The notes below the pieces were generated by a model, which saw only the letters and a list, made by a program, of their open reading frames with translations, was not told the origin of the DNA and ran no database searches. The translations under genes and the position numbers were made by a program. Below, piece after piece: positions 21,023 to 31,778 of a stretch of DNA of 64,000 bases; position 1 is the first letter of the stretch; every line of letters begins with the position of its first letter. This DNA comes from Alloascoidea hylecoeti (lineage: Eukaryota), in assembly GCA_001600815.1 (NCBI GenBank), contig BCKZ01000034.1, forward strand, positions 1-64,000, read 5' to 3'.

Positions 21023-23221
21023 TTAACGATAACAATTGATCTCGCCGAAATCCGTCAATGGAACCACGGATGGTCTTCCATGAGCACAAACAAATGGGAG
21101 TCTACAGTGCTTTAGCTGTCCAATTAATAGCTCACATTCTCGCTTTGTTAAAATGTCTCCAAACATGATAGACTGTCTGCAAGCTTTGGAGTTAATTGTA
21201 TTGAGAAGGAAAGAAGGAATACATGTCACACCATTCCACCAGACAAAGTCAGATACTTGATTCTTGACTACAGGTGGTTTAAAAGGTAATATCTGACGTT
21301 CACAAAGATCATATATGTGTTGTGAAATCCCCTTTTGTAGAAACGTTGAATCCGATACCAATTTCTCTTTTACTAATAAGGGCAAATGTGTTATTTGAAT
21401 ATTGCCAGTGCTGTTAACATTGTAAATTATATTCCAAAACCGAAATTCTTTCTGATATTGTGGAAGGATGAGAAGGTTAGTAATATCAGAGGGAAAATAT
21501 AGATTTAATGAAGGATTCATTAGATCACCGGACGAAGCACCACTATGGTAATTATCAACAGCATTCATTACATGTTGCTTCAATAATTGTTCTACCCTGA
21601 CACGCTCATCACAGGCATGCTGATCTAATACTATAAGTAACGTGCCGCTCGTAATCAGTATAAATTTCTTATCAACTTGACCAATAACTGTACAATCTAT
21701 GAGATGACTTTTAGACAGTTTGAAATTCAATTCATATTGTTTGGGAGTAAAAAATGCGGATGTAATGAGATCTGGGTCAGAGAGTTTTGTCTTTTTTATC
21801 TCTCTGTCTTTTATAGGTTGACAACCATGTTTCTTAAAGTGTTCTGGTATGATATTCAATGCTCTTGAAGTGCTGGAACACAAACTCAAGGGTTGGCTTG
21901 GTGGTTGATAGTTGAAATTAGTTGCTACTCTTACTGCAGCTATAGAATCATGTTCATGGAGTAGGTTTTCAGAAAAAGTTCTTCCTTTCAATTCCGATTG
22001 GTCGACTTTTCCCATTCTCGCATGAGATTTCATCATATGACCACTTGAAATAGACATTGGTAATTTATCATTATCAGTGTTAGTCCCTTTAATCTTCTGG
22101 TTTACATTTGAGTGCAAGCTTAAGGTTCGTTTAGATTTTCCCTCGGAGTAGCTGTTTACAGAAAGAAAAGACCGACATAGTTTTAATAATATGATTCGTA
22201 TAGCATCCTCAAATTCGCTCTTAAAGATAGTTTTGGAGGGATGTTGTAATATATCGGACCTTGACACTGGAGTGGTTATTTTGAATATAAGAACTGGATG
22301 TGAAGAGAAAGGCTTTCCCACACTTAAATTGTTGCAAGAGAAATCTGAATTTATGAAGATATTATCAATTTCTTTTAGCGTATTAGATGAATCATATAAA
22401 CGATCATTGATAAATATGAATTGAAATTTCTTTGTCTGTACCGGCTCAAAACCTATGAACCCTGAAACCGAGATACTCCCATACTTTGCACAAATGGGCT
22501 CATAGTTTGAAGAGAGATCCAACCCGTAGATGTGTCTCAGCAGTAGCAGTTCTGTGGGGGTGTTTGAGTTGGATTGTTCAGAGAAACCAATAAATTGCTG
22601 TTTCTCACTGGAGGTGATAAGCAGAACCTTCAGGTCTATTTCAGGTCTTACTAGTAGTATCAGAACCAATTGCCGTTTGATTTCTTCTAAAAGCTTCCCC
22701 TTATCTCTCAGTTTTTCGATTTGTAATCTTCTGACTGGAGTACAAGCAAACAAGTTTCTCAGATTCACGACGGTTCCATGTGCCTCCAGTTTAGAGTGAT
22801 GTGTGCTGGAGACGATCGCCGGCGAGCTGAAAAGGCGCTTCCCGTAGTTTATTTTTATGGAGTAGGTGCTGTTGTAGTCGACATGTCGGCTTGTCATGGT
22901 GAGGTGTGAGATGGCGGCTAGCGAGTGAACTGCTTCACCTCTGAAGCCAAAGGTTCTCACAAGATCCACATTTTGCAGGTCCGATAATTTTGAGGTTGAG
23001 AACGGGTTTCCTGCTTGGGACAAATCGTCGGGAGTGAGTCCCTGGCCGTTGTCTGAAACGGAGAAGCTGAGCGTTGCCAGATTCAGACAAACGGTAATGC
23101 TCGATGCCTTTGCGTCGATGGAGTTGTGAACGAGCTCTCTGATGGCATCTGCTGGAGACGAGATGATGGTTTGCGACCTGAGAAGTGACCGTAGTCTGGA
23201 GTCCAATTTCTTTATTCCCAT
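21023..23221 (-). CDS. MLH3: MutL-gamma subunit Mlh3
   Basis: ELVHNSIDA, DNGQG, TFGFRGEA GHKL ATPase motifs; endonuclease motif DQHACDER; ACR; CAHGRPS; start MGIKKL. Confidence 0.93.
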   Translation of the reverse strand: MGIKKLDSRLRSLLRSQTIISSPADAIRELVHNSIDAKASSITVCLNLATLSFSVSDNGQGLTPDDLSQAGNPFSTSKLSDLQNVDLVRTFGFRGEAVHSLAAISHLTMTSRHVDYNSTYSIKINYGKRLFSSPAIVSSTHHSKLEAHGTVVNLRNLFACTPVRRLQIEKLRDKGKLLEEIKRQLVLILLVRPEIDLKVLLITSSEKQQFIGFSEQSNSNTPTELLLLRHIYGLDLSSNYEPICAKYGSISVSGFIGFEPVQTKKFQFIFINDRLYDSSNTLKEIDNIFINSDFSCNNLSVGKPFSSHPVLIFKITTPVSRSDILQHPSKTIFKSEFEDAIRIILLKLCRSFLSVNSYSEGKSKRTLSLHSNVNQKIKGTNTDNDKLPMSISSGHMMKSHARMGKVDQSELKGRTFSENLLHEHDSIAAVRVATNFNYQPPSQPLSLCSSTSRALNIIPEHFKKHGCQPIKDREIKKTKLSDPDLITSAFFTPKQYELNFKLSKSHLIDCTVIGQVDKKFILITSGTLLIVLDQHACDERVRVEQLLKQHVMNAVDNYHSGASSGDLMNPSLNLYFPSDITNLLILPQYQKEFRFWNIIYNVNSTGNIQITHLPLLVKEKLVSDSTFLQKGISQHIYDLCERQILPFKPPVVKNQVSDFVWWNGVTCIPSFLLNTINSKACRQSIMFGDILTKRECELLIGQLKHCRLPFVCAHGRPSVVPLTDFGEINCYR

Positions 23222-23323
23222 GCCTATTGCAATTGCAGCACAAAGACATAAATTTGGTTTTCGACTTTTCATCATCACCTCTGAATCTGATTAAGCTTTA
23301 AATCCTAACCTTGCATTGCTACG

Positions 23324-25156
23324 ATGATATCGACTTCACACAAGTTCGGTATATACAAGAGCATCTTATCACTGTCACTGCTGATTCCCGTCCTCGCCAG
23401 ACCCATCACGCTTCAGGATCTCCCGGAACCTTCGACATCAGAGGAAGATGACCACCAACTCTCTGGCACTGCCTTTTACATTTACATACTTGTTTCCGTT
23501 TGTCTCATTCTACTAGGGGGTCTGATGGCAGGCCTGACTCTAGCTCTCATGGGCCAGGATTCCGTCAACCTGAAAGTCATCGAACAGTCAGGAGAACCGA
23601 AGGAAAAATTGAATGCCAAGAAAGTCTTGTCTTTGCTAAATAAAGGGAAGCATTGGGTTCTCGTTACTTTACTCTTAGGAAATGTTATAACCAATGAAAC
23701 TCTTCCAATCATCCTCGATAGATGCATCGGGGGAGGCTATCTTGCTGTGGTATTTTCAACCGTTTCCATTGTCATTTTTGGAGAAATAATTCCACAATCA
23801 GTCTGTGTGAGATATGGATTGTCAATAGGTGCTACATTGTCTCCATTTGTTTTGTTATTAATGTATCTCATGTATCCAATCGCTTATCCCACTGCCCTTC
23901 TACTAGACTACTTACTTGGTGAAGATCATGGAACGATATATAAACGTGCTGGCTTAAAATCTTTGGTTAACTTACACCAATCAATGGGAACTGCTCTTGA
24001 AAGACTTAGCGAAGACGAGGTCACTATCATCTCCGCTGTTTTGGATTTAAAAGATAAACCGGTTGGCCGTGTAATGACTCCAATAAAAGATATCTATACA
24101 ATGCCTTCAGATAGAATATTAGATGAATCAACAGTGGAAGATATTCTCAAATCTGGCTTCAGTAGAATTCCAATTTACTTTCCAAATGAACCTACAAATT
24201 TTATTGGTATGTTACTTGTAAGAATTCTAATAAGTTACGATCCAGAAGATGCTCTCCCCATATACTCATTTCCATTGGCCACACTTCCGGAAACTAGACC
24301 AGACGCCTCTTGCTTGAATATACTCAACTATTTCCAAGAAGGTAAATCGCATATGATAGTGTTAAGTGAAACTCCAGGGGAACCAACAGGTGCTTTAGGT
24401 GTTGTTACTTTAGAAGATGTCATCGAGGAATTAATCGGCGAAGAGATCATAGATGAATCTGATGTTTTCGTTGATGTTCACAATGCTATTAGAAGAAGAC
24501 AGCCCGGCCCCTTATCAAAGACTAAACTATCCTATTACTTTCATCAATTACAACAATTAGATCGAGAGGAATCTAATAATTCAATTGCAGTTGATCTGGC
24601 TACGGGCAAATCTGTCACTCCTAAGTTAGGACCCTCGAATCCTGCTGCACACCCCATGGAAACCACTATTCCAAACATTAAAATTAAGAATTTAAAACGA
24701 TCAAGTTCAGACATTGTCCATGGGCTCCCTGAAACTTCTGATACGGAATCACGTCGCAAATCTTCAAACTATGGCGCACTTTGGAATTCCGAGAGGGATA
24801 CTATTAAAAAAGCCACACAATTGAACTTAAGTAGAAAAACCTCCAGGCAAGCAGCAGTTGAAACAGGGCAAGAAAACACTGAAACAGAGCGGTTGTTAAC
24901 TGATACTCCTGTAGCTCATGACGCTAGCTCTAGTCAAATTCCTGTAGCTACGGATTCAACCTTTATTCATAATTATCGCATCGGGACTATTGTCGAGAGA
25001 ACCAAGCAAGTACAAGGTATACAGAAGCATATTGTTGAATGCCGAGATCCAATTAATTCTAGAAGAAATTCATTGGCTCCTATTCCACCAGTTATGGGTG
25101 GAACTGGAACTGGAAGAGAAATTTATGTGGTCACAAAGCCAGAACCACCGAAATAG
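23324..25156 (+). CDS. MAM3: CNNM/DUF21-CBS membrane protein
   Basis: GGLMAGLTLALMGQD, HWVLVTLLLGN, FGEIIPQS, GFSRIP, GVVTLEDVIEELIGEEIIDESD. Confidence 0.9.
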   Translation: MISTSHKFGIYKSILSLSLLIPVLARPITLQDLPEPSTSEEDDHQLSGTAFYIYILVSVCLILLGGLMAGLTLALMGQDSVNLKVIEQSGEPKEKLNAKKVLSLLNKGKHWVLVTLLLGNVITNETLPIILDRCIGGGYLAVVFSTVSIVIFGEIIPQSVCVRYGLSIGATLSPFVLLLMYLMYPIAYPTALLLDYLLGEDHGTIYKRAGLKSLVNLHQSMGTALERLSEDEVTIISAVLDLKDKPVGRVMTPIKDIYTMPSDRILDESTVEDILKSGFSRIPIYFPNEPTNFIGMLLVRILISYDPEDALPIYSFPLATLPETRPDASCLNILNYFQEGKSHMIVLSETPGEPTGALGVVTLEDVIEELIGEEIIDESDVFVDVHNAIRRRQPGPLSKTKLSYYFHQLQQLDREESNNSIAVDLATGKSVTPKLGPSNPAAHPMETTIPNIKIKNLKRSSSDIVHGLPETSDTESRRKSSNYGALWNSERDTIKKATQLNLSRKTSRQAAVETGQENTETERLLTDTPVAHDASSSQIPVATDSTFIHNYRIGTIVERTKQVQGIQKHIVECRDPINSRRNSLAPIPPVMGGTGTGREIYVVTKPEPPK

Positions 25157-25348
25157 GTATATATAATCATTTTATACATTTTATATATGTTAGTTGAGTA
25201 ATTACTTCAGCTTAATTACCAGTACAGCTGTATAATTGTAGAGAGTAACGTTATTATATTTACACGTGATGTGGTAATAACCGAGGTTGATATTTGATAA
25301 ATTTCAATATAATCCTCACCATCGTTACTACTCTAGATATAGACAGTT

Positions 25349-26635
25349 ATGCTAATCCCATTTGGCGTCCGATCATACGTTCACAGATTCCAGGCAGCAA
25401 CTACCGTGCGTTTGCCCTTACAGTCGGGATCTAATGAGTATCTTCAGCATTCCGAGCTAGTGGACTCTATCCCAGAGCTAAAGCAGGATGCAATGACGTG
25501 GATGAGTCCTATCCTCGGAAACAATCATCTTCAAACAGCATGGACTGCTATAAACAAATTTTCGGACGTTGACACCATTCATTATGGTAGAAGGATTATT
25601 CAGTTTCCAGATGGTGGAGTGAGTTCTGCTGATTTTGTCCTACCTAAACCAGAAACCATTAGTACCGACCCAACAGATGAACTACCTCCTAGAACCCGAC
25701 TTTTATCGGAAAAGGAGATTGATTTGATGCGATCTGAAGATACCAAGCCTATCATGATTGCCTTACACGGACTCACTGGAGGCAGCTACGAATCCTACGT
25801 TCGATCGGTTCTTTCAATTTTGTCTTCGCCTGAATACAATTTTGAGTGTGTCGTTTTGAATTCTCGAGGATGTGCTAAAGGCAAAATCTCTACACCACAA
25901 TTGTTTTGTGGCGCTTGGACAGAAGATATGAGACATTTCACTAAAATGATCCACGAGGCCTATCCAAATAGGCCAATTTATGCGATGGGATTCAGTCTTG
26001 GTGCTTCAATTTTAGCAAATTATTTGGGTCAAGAAGGAGACAACAGTTTAATTAAGGCTGCTGCAGTTTTAGCCGATCCATGGGATCTTAATATCTCATC
26101 GACCGTCCTACACCAGTCACTAATCGGTAGAGTTTATTCCTCTGTGATGACAAAATCTCTCATAAAACTGGTCACACTTCATTTGGATGTCTTCGAAAAA
26201 GATCCCAATATAAGCGAAGGATTGGCAAAATTGAATACATTTAAATATCTTGATGATTTTGATGATTTGTTGACATCAAAAATGTTTGGTTTCAACAGCG
26301 CGGGTGCCTATTATAGATGGGCTTCAAGTGTTAATCGAATCTTTAACATTCGCACGCCTACTCTTATTCTTAACGCTGAAGATGATCCAATAAGTGGCCA
26401 TCCATTGATTCCTTATCGAGAGGTTAAGAAAAACCCATATTTAATACTGGCAACAACTGATTTAGGGGGTCATTTGGGCTGGTTTACCGCTACACATAAT
26501 CGATGGTATGCCAAACCAGTCGCTGATTACTTCTTGAACTTTAACACCTTGGTTGATCATAACAAGAAAAACAAAGCAGATATTACATTGAATACCAGCA
26601 AAGTTGATGGCGACAGATTGAATATGGCATTGTAA
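25349..26635 (+). CDS. Alpha/beta hydrolase of the Eht1/Eeb1/Mgl2 (ABHD) family
   Basis: HLQT, HGLTGGS, GFSLGA nucleophile elbow, NAEDDP, GGHLGWF. Confidence 0.88.
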   Translation: MLIPFGVRSYVHRFQAATTVRLPLQSGSNEYLQHSELVDSIPELKQDAMTWMSPILGNNHLQTAWTAINKFSDVDTIHYGRRIIQFPDGGVSSADFVLPKPETISTDPTDELPPRTRLLSEKEIDLMRSEDTKPIMIALHGLTGGSYESYVRSVLSILSSPEYNFECVVLNSRGCAKGKISTPQLFCGAWTEDMRHFTKMIHEAYPNRPIYAMGFSLGASILANYLGQEGDNSLIKAAAVLADPWDLNISSTVLHQSLIGRVYSSVMTKSLIKLVTLHLDVFEKDPNISEGLAKLNTFKYLDDFDDLLTSKMFGFNSAGAYYRWASSVNRIFNIRTPTLILNAEDDPISGHPLIPYREVKKNPYLILATTDLGGHLGWFTATHNRWYAKPVADYFLNFNTLVDHNKKNKADITLNTSKVDGDRLNMAL

Positions 26636-27098
26636 ATAACTAAGCTTGAAAGAATGTAACTCTCCTTACAACCACTTTTCTAATTATATAGAATACAAAT
26701 CAAATAGAATTATTGATATTAATGATAGAGTTTAAATTAAATCAATTGCAAAATAAAGTAGAAAATAAAAATAAAAATAAAAATAGAAACAAAAATAAAA
26801 GGGTCTTGAGCCCCTTCACCTTGAATGAAAAAAAAAACTAATACATGGAAAATGGGAAAAAGCTAGTAAAAGTATGCAATTAATGTTAGAGAGTAGAGAC
26901 TAGGTTAACAGTAGATTAGAGGGTGAAATTTTTGTCTGACACGAACGTTAAAATTCGAATAAGCCTACGTGGATTTAATTTTATTTATTAACTTTAAAAC
27001 AAAAATAGAAGAAAAAAATGAAAGTAAATTAAAATATAAATTATAATCATGAAAGTTTAATCTTAAACTAAGGATTTCCAATGAAATTACAAAGGAGG

Positions 27099-28409
27099 TT
27101 ATATGGTTTCGCCTGATAAGATTTGGTCATGATGATCATGCGTATTATAAACACATGAACTATTATAATCCTTTATAATTATATTATCGTTATCCAGCCC
27201 AAGAGTTGTGCCAGACAGATCTGGATCCAGAGAATTATATTGTGCCATTTCCTTTCTTTTATGGACGTTATTTGCTAAAACTCTTTTAAGATATAAACTC
27301 CAGGAGCGAACTAAGTCATCTTTGTCATCATAAATTTTGAAATCAGCATCTTCACCAGCTTCCTCAGCACTAATCGAGGTATTATCATCTTGTATGTCCA
27401 GTGAGGGGTCTTTATTGGTACACACCAATTGCATTCGTGTATTTTCTCGAGTCAGATGTAAAGGAGATGAAAAGTGACAATTATCAATTTCAAATCCATC
27501 TACAGAGTAAGCACTCAATCGATTATGATACTTATAGTTATTCTGAGATATTGATGTGAAAAGCTCTGCATTAATATTTCGAACAGCTAAAGATTCCGAT
27601 TTATATTCATCATCCAGTAAACTATAAGGACCGTAAGTTTCATTAGCATTGTAGTTGAAGTTTTGATTATTATAAAGATCAATTGGGGTCGGTAGTTTAT
27701 CATCATAATCGCAAGGCTTAGTAGGTTGAGTTTCTAAAGTATTTTCTGCATCTAATATGTAAGTAATAGCACTTGAATGGTTAACATAGTGTTTTTTCCT
27801 TCTTTGAACATGGGTATAGTGAACAAGACGCACATCGCTTCGACGCAAGGAAAGAGATCTCACGCATTTTCTTTTAATTTTTTTAATAGCAACTTTAATT
27901 ACAGAAGTACATGAAGCCGAAACTCGAGTAAGAGGAAACTGGCAACCAACACGTACTGTCGAAGGATCAGTATTAATGTGAGCATGTACTGACGGCTTGC
28001 TATTATTATCCATGAGGCTTTGGTTATCTCTTTCAGTTGCCGCGGTTGAATTTGAACAGGGTGATGAAGGGAAGGAGTACAGGGAAGCGGGAGCCGATAG
28101 CGATAGTTGAGAATCTTGAGATGATGTATTCATGTTACTAATGTTTTGGATTGTGATCTCATGGTTTTTACCATCAGCCACAGTTGTTAAATGGGATATA
28201 GGGTTGATATCATGGCCATTTTTGGAGTCGGGAAATTGATGAGAAGATGAGGTCGAGCAGCTTTGTGGTTCTGACTGAGGAGACGACTCCAGATCTTGCA
28301 ACAATTGCAGCTGTACAGGTTTGAAAATGTAATCAAAAGACACTAAGCCTTCCATGGAGTAGTCATCAACACAAAGTGAGGTCGACGTTTGTGCAGTTTG
28401 CGAGGCCAT
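27099..28409 (-). CDS. Hypothetical Ser/Asn-rich protein (~436 aa)
   Basis: Long stop-free ORF; first ATG at 28409; no recognised domain. Confidence 0.7.
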   Translation of the reverse strand: MASQTAQTSTSLCVDDYSMEGLVSFDYIFKPVQLQLLQDLESSPQSEPQSCSTSSSHQFPDSKNGHDINPISHLTTVADGKNHEITIQNISNMNTSSQDSQLSLSAPASLYSFPSSPCSNSTAATERDNQSLMDNNSKPSVHAHINTDPSTVRVGCQFPLTRVSASCTSVIKVAIKKIKRKCVRSLSLRRSDVRLVHYTHVQRRKKHYVNHSSAITYILDAENTLETQPTKPCDYDDKLPTPIDLYNNQNFNYNANETYGPYSLLDDEYKSESLAVRNINAELFTSISQNNYKYHNRLSAYSVDGFEIDNCHFSSPLHLTRENTRMQLVCTNKDPSLDIQDDNTSISAEEAGEDADFKIYDDKDDLVRSWSLYLKRVLANNVHKRKEMAQYNSLDPDLSGTTLGLDNDNIIIKDYNSSCVYNTHDHHDQILSGETI

Positions 28410-28938
28410 TTGAACGAGAGGAAATGATTGAAGAAATTTAATTTTGTACAAAGAAATAAAGAAAATTGGAGAAAGAGGGATTTCGAAGGATTAAATAGCT
28501 AGTGAATTAAAACACAGCATTTTGTAAATTCACCATTGGTTGCGCAAAATATAAACAAAGAGAGTCGAATATAATAAATATGCCAATGTTTAATTTAATT
28601 TTCACTATTTCCAACCCGTGTAGATTACATGAAGTGTGGCTAACCCTGTGGGGAGATCTAAGAGCTCCATGAGGCTTCCTGGGTTCAATCTGCGGACAAT
28701 ATTAAGTTCAACTGGGTGTCGCAAAAAGATCTCAGAGAAAGTTCTATTATTATAAACTGGCAAAGTTGAAAGATACCGATTTCTCTGGGCTGCAAAAAGG
28801 CCTGCGACCCGCATGCACTCCTGCAGCATCACTATCTCGTGTTGTAACTGAGATCACGTGTCAGACTGCAATAAGATTTTATTCTTGTTTGTTTTCTCCC
28901 ACTGGAAAACACATCAAAACCTCCATTTATAGCTGTGT

Positions 28939-31389
28939 ATGGCCATGGATCGCCGTCCCCTCTCCCGCCCTTCCGTCCCCGTTCAGTCCCCCTCAAGGCT
29001 GTCGCAGGTCTCCAGATATACCAACCCCTTTGCCCCCAGAGATCGCCCTTCCTCCATTCTGACCCCTGCCTCTCCTGCCATCCCTTCCCGCAGGCAAAGC
29101 TCCCTAGTTCCAGAAAGAGCTCTGAGCCCTTTCGGAAGAGCCGCTTCTAGGTGCAGCACCTCATCCTTATCCAGTCGACACTCAAGTCTCACCAGTATCT
29201 CTCAACAGCCTTCTCTGGCTCCATCAACAGCTCCTTCCCAATCTTCTATCTCTGTTTCTATTAGAGTTCGCCCAAACCCTGACGACCATTCCGACCTTTG
29301 GGATATTTCCACTGAAAACTCTACAATATCAACCCCCGACGTAGGGGAGTTTGCGTTTGATAACGTTTTTCACGGAATAATTCCAAATTCCGACGTTTAT
29401 GATAAGGTGGTGCATGACTTGGTAATTAACTCAATCGAAGGTTTTAATGGCACAGTGTTTGCCTATGGAATGACCGGTTCTGGTAAAACACATTCAATGC
29501 AAGGAACAGATACTGACCCAGGAATCATCCCTCTAGCAATTGACTCTCTATTTTCTCTAATATCTACCCAACCCGATCGAGATTTCATTGTTAAAGTATC
29601 ATATTTGGAAATTTACAATGAAAAATTAAATGACCTTTTAAGTCCTGCAACGTTGTCTGAAGATCTTAAATTAAGGGACGACCCGAAAACTGGTGAAGTT
29701 AAACCCGCAGGTCTTAAAGAATTGACTGTTCAACACCCGCAAGATGTCGTTTCCTTAATAAAACAAGGTGACATGCTACGTAGAACAAGTGCAACCGATT
29801 TCAATGCAAGAAGTTCAAGATCTCATGCCGTTGTACAACTTAGGGTCTCTTCAACTGACAAAAATAGCTCCGAAGGCTTTGAACGTTATAGTACACTGAG
29901 CCTATGTGACCTAGCTGGTAGTGAGCGAGCCACAACTCAAACTGAAAGGCGGAAAGAAGGAGCATACATCAACAAGTCTCTTCTTGCCTTGGGAACTGTC
30001 ATTTCTAAACTATCTTCGCTTTCAACTTCTCAAATCACAAATGGTAATCTATCTCATATCCCTTATAGAAACTCAAAATTAACAAGATTATTACAAAATG
30101 CCTTATCTGGTGAATCTTTAGTCAGAGTCCTCTGTACAATGCATACGAATCCCTCTGCTTTTGGCGAAACAATAAATACCCTTAGGTTTGCTGCAAGAGC
30201 TAAAAATGTCGCTATCCATGCAACCCGAAATGAGGCTATAACTGGCGCCGTAGATCAGAAAATGGTCGAAAAACTTCAACTTCAAATCGAACGACAACGA
30301 GAAGAAATAGATCAACTGAAAAGAGTTGTGACTACCAATGTTTCATCTAGCCCCCTTTCCTCATATACCCCAACTAACTCCACTGATGATAATATTAAGG
30401 AACTTGCCCAAGCAAAATCAGAAATAAAACTTCTTCAAGTTCAAATGGAACATTTGATACGCCAGAATCAATCAACAGAACTAGAAACATCCCTACTAAA
30501 ATCAGAAGTATCATCAATATTAACACAGCTTTCAACAGCCTTAGAAAAGCATAAAGATGAAGTTTCAGATGTCGGTATAAATGCTTCTTATGCAGTCAAA
30601 AGCGTTCAAGAATTGTTTAAAAAACAAGATAAAGAAATAGAAGATAATAAGACTTATATTGGAAAATTAGAGTCCGATTTATATAAACAAGAAGCTCAAC
30701 GTTACAGTAAACTGTTTGTTGGGTTTGAAGATACAGAAAATGACAATATTACTCTTGATACTTTACAAGAAGTTGAAGAAACCCCTGCTGGAGATCAAAC
30801 TATTATAGACAATAATATTACTATTGAACACGGGTCGGGTATATCTTCCCATAGTAGCACAGACTCATTATCGAAAGTGTCTGAAGATAGTACATCTTAC
30901 AATAATTCAACCTTATCCCAAACTACAAATGCTACAACAAACTCTGTTTTCGGTACGCCAACTATTCTATCTACTCCTTTACAGTCATCGTTGAGAATAA
31001 TATCCACACCTGCCCCATCATACGAAGAAGAAAGACTAACAAATCTTCTTAAGGATAAAGAAGAAGAAATTATAGAACTTCAAGAAAGTAATAAAGATAA
31101 AGATCAAATTATTCAAGCTCTTAAGTCGGTTAGAAAAGTCCGTGATGGTCTTGCAAGTTTTTCACAAATGGGGTTGAAAAATATAGCTTTAATATCCGAA
31201 GGTTTACGTGGGAAAGAATTACAATTAATGTCACAAAATCCAAATGGAGGCTTTTTGGCTGATGCATTTACCACCCCAAAACAAAAGCGACTGGTACATG
31301 AACGAGTTGAAAGAAACGAGAGACCGTTAAGTCAGATAACTTATGATCAATTGAATGTGAGGCTAAACGAAATTTTGGAAAAATCATGA
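28939..31389 (+). CDS. KIP2: Kinesin motor, Kip2/Tea2-like
   Basis: Ser/Pro/Arg-rich N-terminus, AYGMTGSGKT, NARSSRSHA, CDLAGSE, C-terminal coiled coil. Confidence 0.88.
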   Translation: MAMDRRPLSRPSVPVQSPSRLSQVSRYTNPFAPRDRPSSILTPASPAIPSRRQSSLVPERALSPFGRAASRCSTSSLSSRHSSLTSISQQPSLAPSTAPSQSSISVSIRVRPNPDDHSDLWDISTENSTISTPDVGEFAFDNVFHGIIPNSDVYDKVVHDLVINSIEGFNGTVFAYGMTGSGKTHSMQGTDTDPGIIPLAIDSLFSLISTQPDRDFIVKVSYLEIYNEKLNDLLSPATLSEDLKLRDDPKTGEVKPAGLKELTVQHPQDVVSLIKQGDMLRRTSATDFNARSSRSHAVVQLRVSSTDKNSSEGFERYSTLSLCDLAGSERATTQTERRKEGAYINKSLLALGTVISKLSSLSTSQITNGNLSHIPYRNSKLTRLLQNALSGESLVRVLCTMHTNPSAFGETINTLRFAARAKNVAIHATRNEAITGAVDQKMVEKLQLQIERQREEIDQLKRVVTTNVSSSPLSSYTPTNSTDDNIKELAQAKSEIKLLQVQMEHLIRQNQSTELETSLLKSEVSSILTQLSTALEKHKDEVSDVGINASYAVKSVQELFKKQDKEIEDNKTYIGKLESDLYKQEAQRYSKLFVGFEDTENDNITLDTLQEVEETPAGDQTIIDNNITIEHGSGISSHSSTDSLSKVSEDSTSYNNSTLSQTTNATTNSVFGTPTILSTPLQSSLRIISTPAPSYEEERLTNLLKDKEEEIIELQESNKDKDQIIQALKSVRKVRDGLASFSQMGLKNIALISEGLRGKELQLMSQNPNGGFLADAFTTPKQKRLVHERVERNERPLSQITYDQLNVRLNEILEKS

Positions 31390-31778
31390 TATTTAATATT
31401 TCGACTTTATAAGAGACATTTGGGTATTTAGTCTGATGTTCAGGATGGAGAATGGGGTTCTGAAACTAGTAATATTTTTTTTTTTTTTTATTAATTACTA
31501 CTATAAATATGAAAATTCAGATATATATAAATTATAGAACAGTTAGAAACTTAACATATAAGCCAAAATTTTAAATTTGGCAAACTGATGATTTAACTTA
31601 TATAAACACTTCGAAATTAAAAAGACAAATATGTTAGAACTTTTTATAAAAATAGTATACGTATAAAACTAATATAGAACAAATTAAAAAAAATTAAAAA
31701 ACTCTGCAAAAGACAAAAAAATTCCATTCAAAATCATATATGCTTTCATAAATAATAATTTCAACTAACATGAACTAC

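Noticed and set aside
22913..22920. URS1 (GGCGGCTA) in MLH3
   Set aside because: Lies ~300 bp inside the CDS at conserved LAAI codons; explained by coding constraint.
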